Shown here one piece after another: positions 35,314 through 44,400 of a stretch of 60,026 bases of DNA. Source of the DNA: Catajapyx aquilonaris (Eukaryota). The stretch lies in assembly GCA_000934665.2 (NCBI GenBank), contig JYFJ02002296.1, forward strand, positions 1-60,026, read 5' to 3'. A program made the translations under genes and the position numbers. Under the pieces are notes generated by a model that worked only from the letters and a program-made list of their open reading frames with translations, made no database searches and was not told the DNA's origin. The stretch's first letter is position 1. Each line of letters starts with the position of its first letter.

Positions 35314-38106
35314 GAATGGACTGTTGAAGCCAACTTGAGCCTCCTGCGCAGGAAGTGCTGCATCTCTGCCTGTCCCAACAACAACAGCCAATCCAGCAGG
35401 AAAGGGACGCACTACTTTCCATTCCCCTCCGACCCGGGAATGCGACTGGTCTGGATGACTGCCATCCTCAATCCGGACGCATTCAGGGTCTGCTCCGACC
35501 ACTTCACCCAGGATGATTACGTCTTTCCCATGGCACTGGACAACTCGCAGGAAGGAAGAAGCCAAGGTGACAAAGAAGGGACGGTTTATCCAGTCGTACT
35601 CAAGAAATCCTCATATCCAACCAAGAGACTTCCGCACACAGGTATAATGATACATCCTAAGTTGATAATGATCACTTACAGCAGCTTTTCTCAACCTTTT
35701 TACCTTTGCGGAACCCTTGAAATAGTATCCATGTCTCAGGAAACCCCTACATAAAAATTAATCAATTAATGACTCAAAAATGCATTAACACATGATTAGT
35801 CTAATGTGCAGAAAATGAGGGAACGATCTGACATCATCGAGGTTTCCATGGAAATACTCTCACAGAACAATACGAGTAGACAGTGTCAACAAAAAGGCAA
35901 AAGCGATGACGTCAGATCGTTCTCTCGTTTTCCGTACATTGTTTCTAGCAAAACCCCAGTTGAGAAATGCTGATTTATGGACTGGGAGTGGATCTCCATG
36001 CATCTTTAGTTGTTTCCTAACAAATACGTGTTCATTAACTTTGAAGTGATGAAGATGGAAGCAAACGAGACAGACGAAATACACCAAAGTGCACAGAATT
36101 CAGTTGTGAAGCTGGCAGAGTCAGGAGAAAATACTTGCGAATTGTTGGTGAGAAGGGAAGATATTGAGCCGACCCCTCTTCCATCTGAAGTGCAAACGGC
36201 ATCGTCGTTTGGATCTCTCGACAGCTCATCCACCAACGAGGAGGAACGTAGCACCAATATAATCATAGTTGATGCCGGACCGCAGCCCAGGCTAGGAAGT
36301 AATGAACTGGAACTGATAAAAACTGAAGCTGACGAGGCTGTTGCTGAAGATAATGACTGCAGCCAGACCTCAAATATGGTGGCCATGGACCATGACTATG
36401 GGTGAGCGAATGGCAGATCTGGGTTAAAAGCTCATTGATTTGATTGATTCTCATTTTTGTTCTCAGTTCTCAGTCTGGTGCGCGTGAGTTGAAGAAGACG
36501 AAGTTGAAGAAGGTTAGGCCAAAGTCGTGGAAGTGCGATACATGCGGAATGACTTTTGCGAACAGGACGCTTTACATAGAAAGACACATGGCAACACACC
36601 AGCCGTGTGAGGTGTGTTTTAAAGAGCGAGGTGACGATCACAAGTGTGAAGCCGTCAAGATGAATATTTGTGACAAGTGCGGCACAGAAGAGGGGGAAGA
36701 TCACAAGTGTGCCGTGGTCGAGTGTAAGACGTGTGAGGTGGAATTCGCAGATGAGTACCAGTTGGCTGTGCATAGGGCGCAATTGCATGCTCAGAAGAGG
36801 GAATTTAAATGCAAAGATTGCGGAAAGTCCTATCGCACGATGGGAGGATACGTAACTCATCGGCAATCACATGATGAGGTGTCCATATCTTACGACTGTG
36901 GAAAATGTGGCAAAAGTTTCCTAACCTCTCAAAGGCTCAAGGTCCACTGTCAGACACACGTTGAAGAAAAACCACATCAGTGCAAGCACTGTGTAAAGTC
37001 ATTTAGCACCAAGCACTCCCTGTATCGGCATGAAATGAGTCACCGCAGGGAGAGGCCTTTTGCATGTCCAGCCTGTAATAAAACCTTCAGAGACACAACA
37101 CAGCTCACTGTACACATGCGTGTGCATACTGGGGAGAAGCCGTATCCATGCAGCCAGTGCGGAGCTTCATTTCGTCAGAAGCCGCACCTAGCCACACACT
37201 GTAAGTTGAAGCACTCTGACGCCACAGTCAAACGTGGCCTCCAGATGAAGCAGAAGTGCATGTGCGAGATCTGCGGGAAGGTACGATGAATTAATTAATG
37301 CTTCGTTTGTACCCCTTCCATCTCCATTGTGATTTCCTGACACCAATTCCATTGCAAAAATATTTAGAGCTCTGATTGTATTGCGCTTGTTTACTAACAC
37401 ATGGTTTCACTTGAAGGTTGTCAGTGGAGCATCGGTGCTGAAGAACCACATGAAACGTCACACGGGAGAAAAGCCTTTTGAGTGCAACATTTGTAAGAAG
37501 CCCTTTGCATTAAGAAGCCAGGTGGTCTCCCATATGCATATCCACAACGATAATAAACCACACCAATGCGAGACCTGCGGGAAGGTTTTCGCACACATCA
37601 GCTACTTGTACATCCACAGGAGGACACACAAAATGGTAACTTGTGTGTTTTACATTACAATAATTATCAGAGCAATGCTGTTTGATAATCAGAATATAAT
37701 CCCGTCTTTAATGAGGATGTTGACATGTGCAGAACAATAATTTTACATCTTTTAACAGGTCCTGCCATATGAATGTACAATTTGCCGGAAGACCTTTGTA
37801 ACTCGTATGCAGTTTGAGGACCACACGCGTCTTCACACTGGAGAAAAGCCGTTCCAGTGCGACCTCTGTGGAGAGAGTTTCAGCAGCAAGATGAAGAGGA
37901 GGCGTCACAAGCTAAAGCACGAGTTGCGTCACCACTGTGACGTATGTGGGAAAGCTTTTGGGTACAGGTCAGAAATGATGGTTCATAAGAGAACCCACTC
38001 TTCAGAGAGGCCGTTCAAGTGTGCTCTGTGTGGCGGGAAAGGGTTCATCAGTGTGGGGGAACTCAATCGGCACAAGAAGAAAGTACATGGACTTGAATCA
38101 CTGTAA
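35314..38106 (+). CDS. THAP-C2H2 zinc-finger protein F (about 14 fingers; start codon uncertain)
   Basis: Exons 35314 (or in-frame ATG 35173)-35641, about 36047-36401, 36467-37280, 37417-37635 and 37759-38106 are phase-consistent. THAP pattern CCISAC..FPFPSD..WMTAILNP..VCSDHF; DHDY motif. Confidence 0.85.
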
Positions 38107-38681
38107 ATCGTAAATACGTGTGCAGCTTTCGTCATGTGTGATGTGAAATGTAAATGGATATTAATTGAATCCTAATTTTTGGGTCAACTCATATCGACTC
38201 ACGTCAACTCAAATTGAGTGCAGTTTTTTTTCCTGGACCGACTCCATGTTACACTAGCAGAGGAGCTCGTTCTTCGCACGGCCTGTTTCCATGGTGATCA
38301 CCAACAAAATGCTGTTGCCATGGGCAAACCAAGAAACAAAGAAACTTTGCCTTACATACGTAGATTATCAAAACATGTAATTAATTAATTTATTTATAGC
38401 AGCAAACCCGTGTGTAGTGTCTGGTACATATGTTGAACTTGGTGTCAGTCAACGTGCACGGAAGTGATCGAAAGCGGAGGGATAATTGGACAGTGTTATG
38501 CAACAATGGGTGAACCCACAAAATTGAGTTATGCCCAGGAACCTAAAGCAGAGGTTCTTAACCTTTTCGGGCCTCCGCACCCATTTGTAGACAATACTAT
38601 AATATATTGGTCCTTGTCGCACCCGCTGTACCAGGGGGTGATTGATTAAGTTCATAGTTAGACCAGTTATTAGCTCTTGGT

Positions 38682-38686
<5 letters not shown>

Positions 38687-38733
<47 letters not shown>

Positions 38734-39275
38734 GTTTTATTAACCTGCAAGACTTTGTGGGCCCTTCGGCAGGGAAGAGCGCTCTGTACATTTGTGTCGT
38801 TTTGGGTTGTAACACTCGTTTTATAGTTTGTTATAATGACCTTGACCAGAAACAATAAAAAAAAGGAGAAAAAAAAGAGAACAATATAGTTTTGCGGAGA
38901 TGGGGGCCCTACCCTCAATTGATACTCATAATGTGATGTCTGCATAGTTCAGGACTCTAACCGCGTGTGCAAAAAAAGAAAATAGTTTGTGTATTTGCAA
39001 TACTGGTGGATTATCCAGCAATTAGTAAATCGAGTCGGGTGGGACAGCGGGCCAGTTATACAGATGTATTTTCCTTGCGTATGAAAAAAAATGATGTGGT
39101 GCAAGCTAAACGGGTCTGCTTTGTAGCACAGGGAACATTTCTCTTCTGGAGTAATTCTGAATTTGTATCCTCGAATTAAATGGTAGTTTGATTCATTGCG
39201 GAGGTTAACCATCATTCGCAAAACCGGCACGGGGAGTTGGTGGCCAAAATAGAGCTCAGCTGTCGGGGTAGTTTT
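38687..39275 (-). mobile_element. 3' remnant of a non-LTR retrotransposon with (TTA)n tail
   Basis: Minus frame EEKCSLCYKADPFSLHHII resembles the C-terminal Cys/His motif of LINE ORF2; it is followed on that strand by a microsatellite at about 38687-38732. Confidence 0.55.
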
Positions 39276-39290
39276 CCACTGTTCGTAATT

Positions 39291-39544
39291 GGGCGACACG
39301 GTGGCGGAGTGGTTTGCGCCGCAGCCTTCCACCTCTAAGGTCCAGAGTTCGATCCCCGGGTCGGACGGAGGATACTTATGCGGATAGAGTTTCGATGGGT
39401 TCTCTCCGTGTTCGCGTGGGTTTTCTCGGGGTTCTCCCGTTTCCTCCCACTATCAAAATCCATCACATTTCAGGCAAATGATTAAAGTTGGTTATTCAAA
39501 AGATGATCCCCTAAAGAGCCCCAAGGGGCCTATCACGGGGTATC

Positions 39545-39607
<63 letters not shown>
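39291..39607 (+). mobile_element. tRNA-derived SINE with V-domain-like core and (ATT)n tail
   Basis: A-box tggcggagtgg, B-box gagttcgatccc, core ttctctccgtgttcgcgtgggttttctcggggttctcccgtttcctcccac, tail (att)n at about 39547-39607. Confidence 0.75.
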
Positions 39608-39609
<2 letters not shown>

Positions 39610-40205
39610 CACTGTCCGTAATTGGAGTATCGTCGTGAATGCGCCAGATCTGACCGGTCTTGTTGAATCAGTGAGTCTAAGTATGTGTTGATTAACCCAG
39701 ATCGAGGGATCTGTAGTCTGTTTTCCAGCCAATGCTGTCTTGTGGTTCCCATCGTCCTAAACTGAACTTCCACCAAATTGCCCCAACTGCACTCGATTTG
39801 AGTTGATGTGATGTGGAACTCGTGTGATGTGGCCCTCGAGCCTCGGTTAATGTAGTTGCCAGATGGATTGAATTTATGGTGATAGGATGTGTAAAAAAGA
39901 GAGGCCTGGTACATTAGTACGATGGGGGGGCATCTTCATGGGAACTTGAAATGTGGGAAATTGTTGTGGGGAGCAGTGAGAGAAGTTTTGCCTGTTAGGC
40001 TAATTTTCGGAAGCTGAAACATCCGGCATTAAATTCCTTGTGAAAAGTATAACCCCTCGTGGGCATCAACAGAAACGGTTCTTATGTTGAAAAATATAGC
40101 CAAAGATTGTTGTCGCCTATAAAACATTATTTATTGCTATTGAAATTAAACTTGGATCAAAAAAAACTATTGTGCGTTATTACTTATTGATTTGCCCTTG
40201 TGTAA

Positions 40206-40452
40206 TAGTCGGAGCAAAGTGGTTCATGTCGAAAAAGATAGTTTTGAGATAAACGCATGCAAAGTTCCAGGCTTGCATTGCAGCCAATGTAATTAAGTAA
40301 GTCACAGTAACTTAATTATTTCATTAGCAAATATTACAAACGTCTTCAGGCCAAGTTACAAAATAGAGTTGGGCATGGGGAATGCGATGCAAGCGACAAC
40401 TCAAAATTGCCGAATTTCGACATTCATGAACCACTTTGCTTCTCAGCCACTA
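40206..40452. mobile_element. MITE-like inverted repeat
   Basis: agcaaagtggttcatgtcgaaa pairs with tttcgacattcatgaaccactttgct. Confidence 0.55.
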
Positions 40453-40469
40453 AATTGACATATTAATAC

Positions 40470-40670
40470 CTTCCTGAAAAACTGTCTTTCTGTCAGCCTC
40501 ATGCGCAAAATGTTATATGACGAAACTAAGCCAGAACTTGATGTGATTTAGAAAGTTTACGTGAATATTTTCATGCAGAACTACAATTTAAAGTTTGGCA
40601 CGCCTTGAAGCAACACATGCGACTGTTTTGTGTACAAGATTGCAGAGTGTGTCGACGACACTTAAAATTC
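40470..40670 (+). mobile_element. Decayed DNA-transposase fragment; inverted second copy at about 55345-55546
   Basis: The two segments are reverse-complement similar; the second copy translates NIFMQNHNLKFGTPRSDTC. Superfamily not assigned. Confidence 0.55.
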
Positions 40671-41476
40671 CAAGCTCATGCAGGAAAAAGGAACTGCATC
40701 TTGCTAAAGCTGAAACGTTTTATCAGTTGTCCGGTGTTCCTCTACAATCCACATGACTACGGTGCACTGTAATAATAACCCACGTGTATCAGATATAAGA
40801 TTAGGGCATTCATCTATCCTCACAAATGATCAGGAAATTAGTGTGATCGATGAATCTATTATACACCTCCATGGGATGAGCGCGACTATTGGTCGTCTAT
40901 CTCTATAGACTCCAGAATTATTATTATAGTTGGAAATTGGCGCTGTGTCCGTACTACTTTCATGTTGTTTCCAGTCCTGCTTTCCAGCTGCAGCTTTTCA
41001 TGGTGTTTCCAACCCTGCTAATCCGGCCCCAAGTGTGTCCAGATGCAGTGGATTTCTCTCTTCCCCCCTCGTTCGTCCTCCTGGCAACCCTTGTCGGGCC
41101 CCAATCGTGTGTGTCCGTCGGTGTCCGTCATTCTCCGACCATTTCTTTCTTTTTTAATTATATATATTTTTTTTATCCTCACGTCACCCCTCGCTCCCTG
41201 CCCTGCCTGCGCCACACAGACACACGCCACTATCCATCCTCCCCCGTGACCGCAGCAAGCAAGCAGAGGAGGTGTCCCACGTCGAGGTGGACAGTGTTGT
41301 ACGTGGTGTATGTGCACTCAGGAGCAGCAGAAGGGCAGCAGGGTGTGAGTGGTGGTGGCCTCGCCTGGCTTGGTGGTCGTCCGTCTAGCCCTCCTCCTCA
41401 GGTGCTGCACTTGTTGGAGGATCCCCACCTGAGAGAGAGAGAGAGAGAGAGTCCACCTGCTGTCACCCACGACATC

Positions 41477-44400
41477 ATGAGTCTCTCAGGTGAGTCATAC
41501 ACGTCAGCCACTCAACAATATTGTCGTGCCTCAGGAGGAGGGACGCGGTAATAATAATAATGCAGGCGCACTGCATTGCAGGCGTAGTGCACCGCGGTGG
41601 TAGGTGTAGGGATCGCAGTCCTCAGGGAAGTCCATGATGTCGTTGCACCTAGACAATGGGAATTGACTTGAGATGATAACGAGAAGGTTAAATAAAGAAT
41701 GGCCCTCTTTATTCAACAGTGCAGTTGTAGTACTCGCACAGGGAAACTATATGCACCTGGTCCACCAAACAATGAGTATACTTTTATCCATTGTGCGTTT
41801 TAGTCAAAGTTTGCAAGTTTTGTGACTCCAGCTGCTTTAGAACAAGAGCAAACATGGTCATTTGGGCCATTTTTAGGCGGACATGGTGATCAAAATGTTA
41901 TGCCACTGGCATGAACATAATGCGTTGGGTACAAACGTTATTTACTTCAAAGCGTTACACTGCAGGCTTTAATGTTGGTCGTAGCTGGCAGGGCATGAAG
42001 CAAGGTCATTTTAGAGTTGGGAAATGGCATCACGCCCCCATGAACAGTGAAGTCAAGTTACACAGATCCATCACATTGTCCAGTGTTGCATTTGTGCCTG
42101 GCATAAAGCTAATTACAAGTCACTATAAACTTCCCATGATAAGGTTAGACTAAGATCAAGTACCTCTAATAGTGAATATTAATAATAACTAGTTTTCCTG
42201 AGCTGCTACCTTGACCCTGACCGTGAACTTGCAAGAATGTAAAGCCGAAATGAAAATCCTGATGAAAACACTGCAGAAGCCATGCGACTGTTTCAATAAA
42301 TACGGAAAGCGAACATTCTTATCTTATTGCATTGCATTATACTGGGTGTTTCACTAGGAAGTTCCCGCAACGAATCAGTGGTATTTTTTTTTTGCACTCG
42401 ACCTAGAAGCGTGATGTTTGGTGTAAAAATTACCTTAGTTCGTGTGATTGTAGAACTATTCAAAATATAAGCTGTAATTGGCATTTGCCAACCGTGACAC
42501 ACTCGAATACGACACGACGCGAGTCTTCTTATTATTGCAGGTCCTCCCCAGCATATCAACATTAACAGTCCAGATTGGTGCACTTATGTTGCTGTCCCAG
42601 TCTTCTAATGTTGAGGTTTATGATTGGAAGTATTACTTTGCAAATATCACCATTTGCGGCTCTTTGGCAGGTAAAAACAGAATACCCTGTTTTCGCGCCA
42701 AACATCGTAGTGACTTTTTCTGGCGATTCCAGCAGTAACGTCAAATTTTTAATTCCTCTTAGGGAGGTCATCTGCCACTGCATTGGTGTGAAATACTCAG
42801 TGCAGCAATCCAGACTGTTAGTGTCGATATGCTGTGGAGAACCTTCAATAATAAGGAGAATTGCTTCACGTTGCGTTCGAGTGCATGTAGATGTCGTGAA
42901 GGTCAATTAAAGCATTTATTGTGAATGCTGGTATATTCCACATGAACTAAGGTACGTTTAAAACCAAACATTGTTTCTAGGGGCCGGTTTCACCAAGCCC
43001 GGTTTTCATGAAAAACTCGGTTCTTTTGGAAAATCCCTGCAAATAGAATAGGGATTTTCCGAAAGAACTGGGGTTTTTATGAAAACCGGGCTTGGTGAAA
43101 CCGGCCCTATGTTGGGTGGGAAAAAAAATACAGCTGGTTCTTTTGGGGGACTACATAGTGAAACACCATGTATTATACGATTGAAACATCTGAAAACCCT
43201 TGTGGATTTTTAAAATAATGTATCAGGGTTTTAATAATATTATTATTGGCACAAGAGTTTATTGCAGGGAGAGGAAAATAAAGGTTTAGCGACAACGAAA
43301 ACTGATGTAGGCTGTGCTGCTTAAAATAAAGTAGCCTGCAGAAAATATGAGAGCTAGTTCCTGAATCATTCAGATGATTGGCATCCATTCAGTAGAAGGG
43401 CTGGAAATTATGCATGGCATGTCAGAGACAGTTATGGGAAAGGGACTCTTGTTCGCCTTTGTATAATATAAAAAAAAATCCAACAAAAAAAAAGTCCTTA
43501 CATCAAGTACTGTAGTTCAACATTGATCGTCAATCTCAATCATTATTACAAAGAAGTACTGCCATCGTAAATTATTTGCACTTGGTTGGCACACTGAAAG
43601 TTTACGTGTAGATTGAAGAAGTTTTATCACTTGTGACTTCCTGCTTGTATCTGGTTTCTGGGGGGGATTCCTTCCTGCGGTTTGAATACCCCCCCCCCCC
43701 CCGACCATAACAACACTGTAACTTGGCATTGATTCAGCGGGACTTCCCATTCATGGGACACTTTATTCTGGATGAGAATGGGTTTTTGTCCCAGGTGATC
43801 AATAACTAAACGTGGGCCAACTTTTGAGGTCATGGTCAAGCTAGAAATAAGTGCAACTGCATTGCATGCTGTGATTGGCACGGAATTCAGACTGCCTTTT
43901 TTTTTCACTTGCTTGTGATGGGAGACGCCTCTCTTTTTTTTTTACATGGAACTGTTAGGTCTATGTTTAGAACCGCAAAAACAAACACATATAGTATTGG
44001 TTGCTCTGTTTTCTTTTTATGAAGTTGAGGTTCAGTGTACTTCAAAATTTCCATTAGGGTGCCCTACTGCAATGCAGTATGTAGGAAGTAATTACTCTGA
44101 TGATTATTATATGGCAGTGAATATGTCATGTAATAATAATTGCTTTTTATTGTAGCTCTGATTAATTGACTGTTCACCCATTTGTGATTACACTGCTGCA
44201 AGCATGGACATTACTAGTTTTATTTCATTGACAGAACTGTACCTAGCTGTAATGCAATGAATTTATTTAATTGCACTGGGTGTGTGGTTACATTTTACTA
44301 ACACTTGTTTCTGTCTGTGCAGATTATCAGGGACAGGGTGAGTTTAATTAAATTTCAATTTGGCATGAAAACAGTACATTTTCTGTGTTTTTATCACTCA

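Noticed and set aside
8795..35641. THAP exons as active P-element/THAP9 transposases
   Set aside because: No transposase catalytic region or flanking TIRs follow them; they splice to linkers and C2H2 arrays.
40889..41551. 220-aa ORF at the TPD52 5' end
   Set aside because: Low-complexity promoter/UTR translation with a non-ATG start; only the ATG at 41477 up to the donor at 41490 is supported.
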